From NCBI GenBank assembly GCA_015680685.1, contig MNCI01002597.1, forward strand, positions 408,344-472,343: 64,000 nt of DNA, given 5' to 3'. A program made the position numbers and the translations under genes. The first letter of the stretch is position 1. The number at the start of each line of letters is the position of its first letter. The DNA comes from Gnetum montanum. Its lineage: Eukaryota; Plantae; Gnetophyta. Under the pieces are notes generated by a model. The model ran no database searches. It was not told where the DNA came from and saw nothing but the letters and a program-made list of their open reading frames with translations. Positions 26,291 through 38,685 of the stretch are shown one piece after another.

Positions 26291-28083
26291 ATGGAGGGGA
26301 CTTCTTACACAAAGCCACCAATGTTTGATGGATTCAACTTTATTTATTTGAAAGCCAAAATGTAAGGGTTCTTTGAATCTATGGAGTTTTAAGTTTGGGA
26401 GTCAATCTTGGAAGGCTACACTTCACCTATTGACAGCACCGCTGACATTATCAAGCCTCACAACAAATGGTCTCAAGAAGAAAAGTATAAGTTCATGTTT
26501 GATTCAAAAGCAAAAAATTATTTATATTGTACATTGAATAAATCCTAATTCAATAGGGTAGTAGGATGTAAAATGGCCAAAGAAATTTGGCAAACTTTTG
26601 AAGCTACTCATGAAGGAATTTTTATTGTTAAGCAATCAAAATTGTTATTTCTAAAAAGTGAATATGATGAACTCAAAATGCAAGAAGGTAAGAAAATCAA
26701 GGATTATTTTTCTAGAGCTAACGATCTTGTTGTACCCATTAGGGAAACAAGAAAAGACTTGCCCAAAAGTGATGTCATCATCAAAATGATCAGAACTCTA
26801 CAACCAAAGTTTAGGCCTAAGGTCATAGCAATGGAAGAAATTAGAGACATCTTAGTCTTGAAATTTAAAGCACTTCAAAGTGCCCTCATTGCTTATGAAA
26901 TGAATCTCATAAGTGAAGGAGCTATTCAAGAAAGGTCCATTGCCTTAAAGACTACTTCAAAGAAGAAGGAACTTAATGAGCATGAAGAGGACAGTGAAGA
27001 TGAAATTACCCTTCTCACTAGAAAGCTACAATGAATAATTGCTAGGAAGAACAAAGGAGCATATCTGCAAAGATTCAATCAGCCTAAAGGTAAAGAAAGA
27101 GGTAGAATTTGTTAAACTCTAATTTAGATTTTTCTTCTATAGAATCTTGGATGTGTGAAGGTAGAGGCCATGTGACCTCCAAATGTCCTAGTAGCTTCAG
27201 AATGTAATACAAGAACAAATTCCTTGAAGAAGGAAAGAAGACCAAGTTTTATACAAGTTGGAATGATGGGAAACAAAGTGAAGAAGAAGTGGAGGCAAAT
27301 GCAAAAAATTCTCAGCTCATTTACATGGCTCTCACTAATGGTGATTCATCAAATGATGAACTAAATGACAATGAGAGGTTTGATTTATTATTTAAAGAAT
27401 TTTTAAATTTTCAAAATATTTGCACTAAGTTAAATAAAGAATTCAAGTCTAAAGATCAGGAAATATCTTGATTAAACTTAACTATTTCTAATATTAACAA
27501 ACAATTCTCAAACCTTAAGGCTAATAATGAAGCACAAACCAGATCATGTGAGTAGATGAAAGAAGAACTTGCTAATGTTAAATTGATGAGTGAAAGATTG
27601 ATGAAATGAAAAGAGTCTTTTCAAATGGTTCTTGGACAAGGAAGAAGCCCACAATACAAAACTGGACTTGGATGCTACCATCAAGAAGAGGAACCATCAA
27701 GGAATAAGGACTCTACATTACGGGAAGCTTATGTTCAACATAAAAATCCTTAAATGTTTTTTCATTCTAGTTATTTTTCCTATAGGAGAATTAGATGCTA
27801 TTATTGTAACAAGATTGGAAATAAACAATGGGAGTGCAATCTAAAGTTTTATCATATGAGTACATGGACATATCACAAGACTCAGTTTTATCAAAGTGCA
27901 TTGAGGAACAGTTTTATGTAGGATTACAAAGAAGATTGAAAGTCAACCAAAAGGACCAAGGTTGTCAAAAGGAAATGGAGAATTAAATAGGACCAAGGGT
28001 ATTAGAACACTTTCCCTAACAAATTTGTAAGAGGAAACACATTATTTAGCACTTTAGACATCATCATCTTCTGACAGCATGAC
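26291..28083 (+). pseudogene. gag: Degenerate SIRE/copia gag; no pol follows
   Basis: MEGTSYTKPPMFDGFNFIYLKAKM; AKEIWQTFEATHEG...VKQSKL (copia gag core, ORF 26573-27034); CEGRGHVTSKC knuckle; KTGLG; second knuckle RCYYCNKIGNKQWEC (~27793). End approximate. Confidence 0.88.
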
Positions 28084-28479
28084 AAATAGGTAGAGGTAAG
28101 TTTTCATTTTTGTTTTTAAGGTTTAATTAAAACTATAAATCAATGGTAGCCTTCCAAAACCTCAATCTTGACTTGTGAAGAAAGATTTCTTTCAAAAGTG
28201 AAAGACATCTTTACCAAGATGTCTTTGGCAAAACAAAGATGTCTCTCTGAGTTTTTTTTTTTGTTGTGAGAAAGACATCTTTTATAAATGAAAGATGTCT
28301 ACTGTATCTTTTACATATGAAAAAGTCATATTTTTGTTGAAAAAGACATCTTATTTCTTATTCAAAACCATGATTTACGCATGGTTATAAAATACAAAAC
28401 CCCCCATTTTATTGTATTCCTTCATAGATACCCCACAAAGATGACTAGGGGTCCACCATTCACAGCAATTCTAGCAAAG

Positions 28480-30045
28480 ATGGCTCACAAGAAGGTTGGC
28501 ACATCCAAAAATCCATTCAAGAAATGTGCAAGAGGAAGTTCCTACAGTGTGTCACCTTCATACATGCCTCAATGTCGAAGTACAAGCACTCAGCATAGGT
28601 TTGAGGCTACAAGTACCACCACCATTATTTCTGAGCATTCTCTTAATTCTACTTTGCATAGACTCTATTAAGATTATTTTAAGCTTTTGAACTGGACTAC
28701 ATTCATTTCCATGAATTTTCTTATGCCTAAAGTATTAATTCGAGAATTTTACTATAACATTATTATTTTTGATTCTATTGTGGGGGCTTTTACATCCACT
28801 GTTGATGGGATTATTGTTGAAGTATCTCCTCAAATTCTTAATGCACTTCTGGGTATTTCCAGTCATGATGTCTTCTAGGTTAAAATAAAGTCTAAGCATG
28901 AAATTTACACAAACAATTTTATGCCCATAGCTCATGATGAATTCTATGATCTATTATTTGGGAGAGATATGTCATTTGATTGGGCTCACATTGAGCAAAG
29001 AAAGATGACTCCAGATGCCTCTACCTTGTCACTTATTATTTTGTCTAATATAATGATGAAGGGAGGAAGTTACAATTATCTGCTACTAGCCTGGGGCTAT
29101 GTACTATATTGTTTGCTTACAGGGTTATCATTAGATCTGGGGCATACTCTTTGCTGAGACATTCTATGCCTCTATGCTAGGGAGAGAATCCTTAGGCATC
29201 CTTACATCATAAGCATGTTGATCCATTAGAAGGATGTACCTATTCTAGAGTTGCCATTATTTAAGCACAAGAAAAGTCTTTGTGAGTACACAGAGAAGAG
29301 GAGTTCTTCTCACATAGTAGCAACAAGACCCAACACTAGACCTCTGAAGCAAAATACATAAGCCTCTTCATAATTAAGAAGATCAAAATCCTCCAATGCT
29401 TAGATCAGCTCTTCTTTAAAGAAGTTGTTTAGGCCCATCACCCATGCCATTGGGAAGCTTAGGAGGAACCTCTCTTACTTGCGTAAAAGTCTAGATGAGG
29501 CTAGGATTCCTCCTCCCCCTAATGGATAGGTATTTGAGGAGGTTACTACTCCTCCCATCTCTAATAGTGAGGAGGATGCTCCTATTCCTCCATGTCATTC
29601 TTTAGCAATAGGTCCCTCATGTACATATGACTTAGGAATGGAGTCAAATTCTAAGCTAGATGCACTCCTAGTTGGTATTCAAGGGGAGCATCATGCTTCC
29701 ATGCAACAGCTAGAGCATCATATTCTAGTTCCTCTTACTTCTACTGCTTCATCTCATGCTAATGCTCCTACCTCTTTTGAGCAACAAGCTATGGAGAGCA
29801 TCTTTGGAACCATGTCCCAATGAATTCCTATTTAGTAGCTACTAGCTCCACTAGCTTCCTCTCAATTTCAAGTGAAGCTTCATCTTCGGAAAGCTCCAAT
29901 GTAGCGAGTTGATTTCTCAAATGAGGACACTCAGAAATCTAGCCATCCTAGCACCAATAGTGAGGACAATGACGAGGAGACTTATTATTAATCTCTAATA
30001 GCAATGGATTCTAAATCTAAGAATGCTACTAAGGCTTTTGATTGA
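28480..30045 (+). pseudogene. Degenerate SIRE extra ('env-like') ORF with plant-transposon-protein-like domain
   Basis: MAHKK start; LIREFYYNI...FTSTVDGIIVEVSPQILNALLGI; YVLYCLLTGLSLDLG; HPYIISML; acidic/Ser-rich tail. Lies just upstream of the PPT cluster. Confidence 0.72.
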
Positions 30046-30496
30046 GACCTTGACAGGTTGTTTGTTCTCTCCTTTTTGTGATAAAAAAGGATGAGACATT
30101 TTGTGGCTTTCACATATGTGATTTTGGAACTTTGCACATATGTGATTGATCTATGGATAGTTGTGCTCTAAGATGCTTATGGACAAATTGATGTAAACAT
30201 TATGCAAATGGTTATGGATAGATGATGTGTTTTTTGGTTATTTCTATGTGGCCTATTGATTTTCTTTCCACCTCTTTTACTTGACACCCATCCTGTTGAT
30301 CCTTCATGCTTATCCAAATCCTTGGCTACCATAGGAATTTATATGTTTTTATGCTTTTCTTAGCATATCTTTTATGTTAATTGTGTCTATATATTGATAT
30401 ATATCTACAAGTTTGACCTTGTTTGTTATGTCCAAAGAGAGAGAAAAGTATTCTACGTGCAAGGCTAACCAATTTTCTTAAGTTTTGTACATTACC

Positions 30497-30510
30497 AAAA
30501 AAGGAAAGAT
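30497..30510 (+). other. PPT of the SIRE-like element (further PPT-like tracts at ~30082-30096 and ~30433-30448)
   Basis: aaaaaaggaaagat, a decayed form of the SIRE AAAAAGGGGGAGAT, abutting the 3' LTR remnant. Confidence 0.7.
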
Positions 30511-30765
30511 TAAGTTGTTGGTGCTATAGTACAACACTCCAGTGTAAAGCTCAAGATTGTAAAGATTATGGAATCCTTGAAACCACATTTCCAAGCCTAA
30601 TGGGACCTTGTAGGGTTGAGTGATTAGTACTATGGTACAACACTCCAGAGTGGGGCTTGACGACTATATAGGGTGTGGATCCTTCTATCACATTTTCAAA
30701 GCAACAAAGTCTAGAGGTATGCTTGTGATCTACCCTCCGAGTGTGAAGTAACTACATTAGGGAAC

Positions 30766-32727
30766 TGTAATGACTAAAAACGTCGGTGGTTGGAACATCG
30801 AGAGGTTGCCAGGCATATAGCCTAACCCCAAATCTGTGCGAGGGCCGTGTTGGAGAGAAACGGAAACAGGGTGCCCTGAACAGTTTGGTCGATCAGATAG
30901 GGACTTAACTGATGTCCAATATAACCTTTCATAAACGTTGGTTCTTAAAAATATTATATGCATGTTGAACGATAAGCAGCAAATGTGAATGGACTAAGAA
31001 TAATGCAAAAACATGAAAATAACAAAACAAAATGAAACAAGTTTAGGTGAGAAAGTGCACTGCCCCAAGATCGTGGGATCTGATCTTTGCTTGAATGAAG
31101 GAGGTATACAACAGATGGTAGTGGGGACAAGCACAACTTACAATGAAGCAGTATGGTTATGAACCCTTTAACTACTATCAACAGCTTGTTAACAAAGTCC
31201 TTTTGCTTGCCAAGAGTAGTTGCCAAGAAGCCAAAATGCTAGAATGCCAAAAATGCTCAAAAGCCAAACACGCCAGAAGCCAAGCACGAGAAAGATGAAT
31301 CTCAAAGTTAACTATGCAAAAGCCAACCCTTTGAACATTTTTCGCTAGGGTATCTATAGGGCTAAGAGTAGGAGAAAAATATGGTTTGGATGCCACATGT
31401 CCTGGATCCCACAAAATGCAAACGTGCTATTGTGTAGTATTGGGTGTGAAACCTGCATATCGTGACCATATCATTCGTGCTACATGTGCTAACGTCTAGT
31501 GAGCTACTATGTTCGTTGCAAAGAAAACTACCAATAGTGAATGAAAATTGGAGATTATGCTCCAAGACTACGTCTTCCCTACTCTTGCAAGTAGGATCAA
31601 GCATAGGGACAACTTTGGGGATAGTTTAGGGGGGTGCAAAATGAAGCAAACTTGCTGTTGAAGAGATGCCAGGATGAGAATGATCATTGCCAACAAGTTC
31701 TGGAGCTAACCGAAGGCATCTTAATACTTCTAGGCAAGTGTTACACTACTTGCATTGCCTAGCGTGTTAGTGTAGCATGAATAGCCATATGCTACGCTAT
31801 GCTATGCTGCGTAGCATAGCATAGCATAACCGTCAGTCTAGAAAGAAGTTTTTCCTATTGAGTTTATCCTTGGGACATTTTGTTGTTTTGCATCCTCACT
31901 ACATTGTGCTACACTATGCAGCGTAGCATAGTGTAGTGGCCAATATGACATGCATCCTTGTTTGATCTACAATGTTTTATCAAGAGACGTGAGAGCTAAG
32001 TGGGACATACATTTTTGGAGACTGAAGTGTTGTCGAGTACAATCCCCTTGCTGCAACCACTTGGTAGAGAAGCGTAGCACAGCGTAGCAAACAATGTTGG
32101 CTGAATCTTGACTCATTGTGCAAACATTTTGTCATAGGATGTTTGTCATGTCTTGGTGTGTCAGTAGAGAAAACTTGTTTAATGGTTGAACTAGGGGCAA
32201 GTGCTTTTACCCCGTTGGAGCTGTTCGAGTAGGAGTGTTGTCAAAGTACATCCCCACTATGCTGTGTTATGCTGTGTAGCATAGCATAACATAGCACTTA
32301 GATTGAGATGATTCTTGATAAAATTTGCCACACTCTGCTATGCCATATCACTTTAGAAGTCTGAATTGTTATCAATTTGCATCCTAGACGTCTAATTGGT
32401 CTCCTCAAGACTTGCTACACTATGTAGTGTAGCAGGCTTCTTCGTTAGAAAACTTGCCGAACTGTTTAGCTCATCCTAAACACTTTTAGTAGCTCCTAGT
32501 GTGGTCCCTGGGTAGATGGTTAGCTAGGTCGAATGTCAAGTTGGGCAGGCTAGAGAGTTCAACAAGCCTGTTAGCCCTGGAGATAGAAAACTTGTCAGAC
32601 TGTACGGTCCACCCCTAGTGCCTGCGTTGTTCGGACGGTCCATCGTAACGCTACACTTGTGGAAATCCTTGCCTAAACTTCAAGACTTTGCTGAAGCATC
32701 AGGGTCTTGAAATTTTATGGTGTTTCA
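30766..32727 (-). repeat. 3' LTR of the Tat element
   Basis: tgtaatga...tatggtgtttca, direct repeat of 48324-50302; PPT aacaaagaggggccat (minus strand) at 32728-32743. Confidence 0.95.
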
Positions 32728-34134
32728 ATGGCCCCTCTTTGTTGACTTCTAGAGGATTTTCCCGAGAGATGTCAACAAAGAATACAAAACACCATGAAGA
32801 ATAAGCTGCCAACATTGCTCTCCAGTGGTTTCTCGGATGTCGCTTTGCTACGCTTGGGAGTATTGGGATAGTCATGTAAGGAAAGGGGGCACATGATGGA
32901 TTTGTGGAAATAGGTTTAAGGAAGAAAAAGATGTAACATAGCATGATCCCTCGTCAGAGTGATTGTGAGGGAGTTAACGTGCGTCGACATCTTTCTTTAC
33001 TAGCTTTTGACCTTTCCTGGAAGTGCTTAGAGATGGTCATTTTGAAATAGTTGGGATGCCACTTATTTTGGGCATCCCTTATTTATTATTTATTATTTAT
33101 TATTATTATTATTTTTGAGAAAATTATGCTCTTTTTCATTTTTGTGCTTTTCTTCTACTATTCAACCACATTCACTTGTGAACAACCTTGTTGTTGTAGG
33201 ATAGGTGTTTCCTCTCCAAGATGAGTTTTGTTACATCCATGTGGGGCTTTGACTTGCCTACTAATGCTTCCCTTGAAGTGAGTTGCATTACGCTCATTAT
33301 GGACTTGGTAGTTGGACATGTGGGAGGGCCTTATATGCATCGAGAAAGCTTGTAAAGGAGATGTGCAAAATTGCGAGTATAAGAAATGAGGTTAAGTGGG
33401 TTGAGAGGGAGGGTAGGGTGTGCAATCCCAAGTAGCCAAGCTAGTCAAGGTGATCACTTCAAAATAATGTAGCATCCTGCTCTCCTGATGAAATGCATCT
33501 TTGAAAGATGCCATCTTGACCTATATCCTGCAAACACAACAGAGAGCAAACTAGAAGAAACAACCATAAAGTGAAGTGAGGGTGAAGTCCTGCTTGATCT
33601 AGATGGTGTCAAAGTCACGTGATGTCCAGAGCAGGAAGGCCAGGTTAGGTTCCGACTATCGCTGCCTAGAAAGGTTGGCACATAAGAGGCTAGGAGTGGT
33701 GGCAATGCGAGTGCTCAGGATTCCTCGCCTAAGGAAAACATCATGCAGTTCAGCTGCAAGGTGAGAAGCCTAACAGCTGAACGTCTTTTGTGCTCGAATG
33801 ATGGCAAGGGCTAGAGGGTAGCAACTCTATGGTTGGGCCACAATAGTGTTGGGACTCCAGCAGCAAGTGCTGACAACCAAGGCTACTGCCAAGATGAGTG
33901 GCTACGGCAACGGTAGCTCCAAAAGGATAGCAAGATGTCAATCGACATCTCCAGAAGATCAACAAGATGCTAGGGTGGTGGCACTGCATGTGTTCCAGAG
34001 AGATTTTTCTTAGCATCATGTACTACATTCTGGAACTACAATGTCCCACCCTATGTTGTCTAGGAAGTTGATACTATGCACGCTCACTTGTTTGTAGGGT
34101 CATGGATGTGGGCTAGACAAGATTGCACTATGAA

Positions 34135-34441
34135 CCCAATTTAAGGTCTTGGTAGACCATCAGATGTGCTAGTTTAAGGTCCCAACAGACCGTGATGTGT
34201 TAGTTCAAGGTTCTAGTAGACTGGTGTGCTAGTTTAACATTATAGCATATGGTGGATGGCCAGTTTAAGGTCATAGCGAACCATGCTGTGAGTGCCAGTT
34301 TTACGTCGTAGCCCAAGGATATGCCATGCCAATTTATAGTCATAGCAGACTTGCTGTGCTAGTTTATAATCATAGCGGACTGTCTGTGCTAGTTTTACAT
34401 TATTGCAGACATACTTTACTAGTTTTATGTCATAGCAGACG
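34135..34441. repeat. Array 1 of 24-bp hairpin repeat (~10 copies), just downstream of the integrase stop
   Basis: Consensus gctagtttaaGGTCatagcaGACC with short spacers. Confidence 0.85.
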
Positions 34442-34481
34442 ATTGTCTTACCTTGCTTTGTACCTGATGTAGTCCTTTGCA

Positions 34482-37400
34482 TTAGATGTAGTACGACTTG
34501 AGATACAAGTGGTTAATAGGATTTGCGAACTAGTTGCCATCCATATCAGCCAATTTGAAGGCCCTGTTCTCATAGGCTTTCGTGACTACAAAAGGGCCCT
34601 CCTAGTTTTCTAAGAATTTTTTTACATGCTCATGAATGGCTTTGAGGACTAGGTCCCCCTTCTTGATTGGTTGTTGATGTAAATTATAGTAATTCTTTTG
34701 TCGTTGCTTGTCCTGGTACCACTCAATGCGATCAACTGTTCGAACGTGCTCCTCCTCTACGAAGTCAAGATTGATGATCCTTGACTCATTATTTTGAGTC
34801 TCGTCTACAACGTTTGAGAGGATCATTTAAAGTTATGGAACCTGCAATGCAAGAGGTAACATTGCTTTAGATCCATAAACAAGATTGTATGGAGTCTTAC
34901 CTGTAGCCATCCAACATGTTATGCGGTAAGTCCACAACATGTAGAGGATTTGCTTATGCGATCACCTTTTGCTATAGCTAAGCATCTTTTTTAGCAAGTT
35001 AATGATGGCCTTGTTTGTTGCTTTTGCTTGACCGTTTGCCTATGGGTAGTATGGCAATGAAAAAGATTGCTTGATGTCAAGGTTATTACAAAAGGTTTTG
35101 GTTTCCGTGCTACTAAATTATGGCCCATTTTCTATCACAATAGTCATAGGAAGACCAAACCTTGTTACTATGTTATCCAAGATAAAATGGAAAACTTGTT
35201 GAGATGTAGTCTTTCTCAGGGGAATAGCCTCCACCAACTTTGTGAAGTATTCGGTTGCAATGATTATGAAGCTATGTCCTGCGAAAGACTTAGGTGTGAT
35301 GGGCCTTATGATGTCTAGTCCCCATCGTTGGAATGGCCACGTAATTTATGTAAGGTGTAACTCAGTAGGAAATACGTGTATGAGATTTGCATAGCATTGA
35401 CATACATCACACTTCCTAACTTTGGCAAGGCAATCTCGTTCGATGCAAGGCCAGTAGTATCCTAGGCATTTGATTTTTGCTGCCATAGCCCTAGGGGCTA
35501 TGTGTCCTCCACATAGTCCCTCATGGATTTCATTAACAATTTTTTATGCTTCTTTCCCATCAACACAAGTTAGAAATATCCCATTAAAGGAACATTTGCA
35601 TAAGGTATTATCTCCTATAAGGACATATTGCCGGGCGCATTTTCGGATTGCATCCTTTTGAGAGGACGTGAAGCCATGTGGGAGTTCACCGTGTTGAAGG
35701 TAATCCTTAATGTTAGCATACCATTCTTGGATATCTGTTGCACTGACAGATGCAATGTTTACCACTTGAGTAATAAGATCTATGCACTCTATTATCAAAG
35801 CAGGAAAAGTGGTAAACAAGTGTGATGACACATTCAATGCTAACATGGCTAATGCATCAGCTATGATGTTCTCATTGCGAGGTACATGTTGAATGTCCAA
35901 TGTTGCAAACTATTTTAGCAAAATCTTAGCTAGATCGCAATAAGGTTGAAAGTGTGAATCCTTGCAAGCATAGAATTCAGTGATCTGGTTGACAACTAAT
36001 TATGAATCGTCTTGAACTGCCAAATGTTGAATCTTTAGCTCTTGGGCTTTTAAGAGGTCCCTAAGGAGTCCTTCATACTTAGCTACGTTATTCATACAAA
36101 GGAACATAAAGCAATAAGAAAAGGGTCAAATTTCCCTAGAGGGAAATGTGATAACTGTGGCGGTGCTTCCATCTCGTGTAGTTGAAGCATCGTCAAAATG
36201 TAAGCTTGCTTCAAAATTAGATGGTACAAAGTTTAGGCTGTTGATGTGTTCATCTGGGAATTCGGGTTCTATTATTACTTGATCGTCAATGGGTGAAGTT
36301 ATAAGCTATGTGGCTATTGCTTGACCCTTTGTTGATGATTGGGCTACATAATGTAAATTGAATTCCACTGTTATTACTTTCCATTGGGCTATCCTACTAC
36401 TCTTGTACAAGTTTGTTGTAATAGCTTGAAGTATGTTGCTTGTGCATATGATGTTGACCTTGCTACGAAACAGGTAATGTCTCCACTTTTTAGCACAAAT
36501 ACTAGAGCGAGAAAGTATTTTTCTACCACATTGTACTTTGCCTCGTAAGCTACTAGTGCATGGCTCAAGTAGTAGATCGGGATTTCAGACCCGTCATCTC
36601 TTTTTTGGCATAGCAACACAACAATAGATGTGTCCAAACTGGCAAGGTAGATGTAGAAAGCCTTATCCCTTTGTGGTGGGTAAACAGTTGGGAGGTGCAA
36701 AAGCTCTTTCTTTCAGTTATCAAAGGCTTGTTGACATAGCTCTGTCCACTTGAAGTTGATCCCTTTTTTAACTAGGTGTTGCATGGGGTGTAGCTTGTTT
36801 GTCAGCTTCGAGATAAACCTCCTGATAAACTGTACTATGCCTTGCAACTTGCGTAGCTCTTTGAGGTTTGTAGGTGGTGCTAAGTTGATGATGGTCCTCA
36901 CTTTATTAGGGTCCACTCATATGCTTGTTTTCAACACTACAAACCTAGCATGCATCCGGTTTTAACTCCGAAAAAACATTTCTTAGGGTTAAGGCATAGG
37001 TCATGCCTCTGGCAATGTTGGAGGACTATGTTGAGATCATTGGAATGATTGATAGCTTCCTTAGACTTGACTGTTGTGTCATCCACATAATCATTTAATC
37101 TCTCCAAAAGGTAGTTGCTAAAAATATAAGTCATCGCTTGTTGGTAGGTTGCTCCAACATTTTTGAGTCCAAAGGGCATCATTGTATAACAAAAGGTTCC
37201 CCAAGGGGTCATGAAAGTGGTTGATAGCTAATGCTCTGGGTTTATGTGGATTTGGTTATAGCTTAAAAACCCATCCATGAAGGACAGTAAGGCATGACTA
37301 GCCGTAGTGTCTATAAGTTGATTGATACTTGGCAATGGAAAATCATCTTTAATTGTTGCTTTGTTCAAGTATTGAAAGTCTATACAAATTCATATACCTC

Positions 37401-37907
37401 CCATTTTCTTAGAAACTACAACGATGTTCAATACCTATTTTGAGTAATCGACCACCCAAATGAAACCAGCTTGGTAAAGTTTGGTGATATCATCGCGTAC
37501 AACTAGTGCAATTTTTGGTTTGATCTTACGAGCTTTTTTCTTGACTACCCTGACACGCGAATCTAGTATAATGTTGTGTTGTATGAGCCATGGGTTGAGG
37601 CCCGGCATGTCATCGTATGACCATGCAAACACTTTAATATTGTCATGGAGAACCTTGGAGATGTTTTTGTGTACTTATGGATGTAATAAAGAGCTAACCT
37701 TCAAGGTCTTTGCTTCACCCCTAGTGGTAGTTCCAGGGATTTCAATGAGAGGGTCCTCAGTCACATTCCTAGCCTCTAGGTCTAAGGCTTGGACCAGATG
37801 TTCGGGCTAGTCTAGGGATGTTTCTAGGGATGCTATGGTATAGTGAGAAGACAACTCAAAGTCTATCGCTTCTGAATTTAGGCATCTTGTTTACTTGCCG
37901 TAGGGAC
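34482..37907 (-). pseudogene. pol: Degenerate RT-RNaseH-archaeal-type RNaseH-integrase of the Tat element
   Basis: VFAWSYDDMPG, MTPWGTFCYTMMPFGLKNVGATYQQ, YVDD, LNPKKCFFGV (RT); EIPIYYLSH..YNVVEK (RH); LHFDDAS...NNVAKYEGL...HVPRNENIIADALA (aRH, ~35830-36215); IHEGLCGGH, WPFQRWGLDII, ATEYFTKLVEA, EGPFVV (INT). Confidence 0.93.
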
Positions 37908-38048
37908 CTATTAAGGTCAAAGGCAAAGAAAGCTCACCATGCATAGCCATTTTTTGAGTGGACCTATCACAACAAGCAAATAAACCAAGTCAAGTGATAC
38001 CTGTTTGAAGCAACCAAATGTAATGCAATGATGTGACATAAGATAATT

Positions 38049-38393
38049 GCCAATTTAACATCTTAGTAGACCACAATAGTGTAATAGTCTGGTTTAGAAT
38101 GTAAAATGAATGCTAAAATTTGCCAATTTAAGATCATGGAGGACCGCAATAATGTAATAGTTTAACTTAAAACATAAAACAAATGCTAAAATTTGCTAGT
38201 TTAAGGTCATGGCAGACCGTCAACGGGTCTAAAATGTGAAATGAAATGAATGTTAAGATTACCAGTTCAAGGTCATGGCGGACCGTCATATGGACTTCAC
38301 TATAGGTTAAGATTGCTAGTTTAAGGTCTTTGCGAATCGGCACTATGTAATATTGTGTAAACCAAGGTTGCTAGTTTAAGGTCTTAGCAGACC
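38049..38393. repeat. Array 2 of the 24-bp hairpin repeat (6 copies, spacers ~30-49 bp)
   Basis: gctagtttaaggtcatggcagacc and variants, between the RT start and the antisense-gene promoter. Confidence 0.85.
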
Positions 38394-38536
38394 GTTAACA
38401 AGTTCAAAATTTGGTGGACCCACTATGCTGCCGACGAGTGTTACGCTACAGTGGGGACTTTGCTATAGTAGCGTTACGCTACGGGGGTGTCTCGCATTAC
38501 TCAGGATATGAAAATGACAAGTTTTTTACCATGTCA

Positions 38537-38550
38537 GCTATAAATAGGGG
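38537..38550 (+). promoter_or_regulatory. TATA box of the antisense cargo gene
   Basis: gcTATAAATAgggg ~150 bp upstream of the ATG at 38686, in a locally CpG-richer stretch. Confidence 0.65.
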
Positions 38551-38685
38551 ATTACCCCTTGGTAAATTTGTCATTTTCATTGTCAGAGCTCAGAGCCCAT
38601 ACTCAGAGCGTAGTGCAGTCAAACAGAGAGGGAGAGTGAATAGGCGTAGCGTAGTAGTTGGTGCGATCAATTCGTGAGCAAAGCA

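Noticed and set aside
37908-37963. Minus-strand mini-exon with GTGAG donor upstream of RT
   Set aside because: The resulting intron would be only ~30 nt, too short for plant splicing.
38049-38393. Repeat-spacer array resembling CRISPR (24-bp dyad repeat, 30-49 bp spacers)
   Set aside because: Eukaryotic retrotransposon context, no cas genes, degenerate repeats, and the spacers are related to each other.
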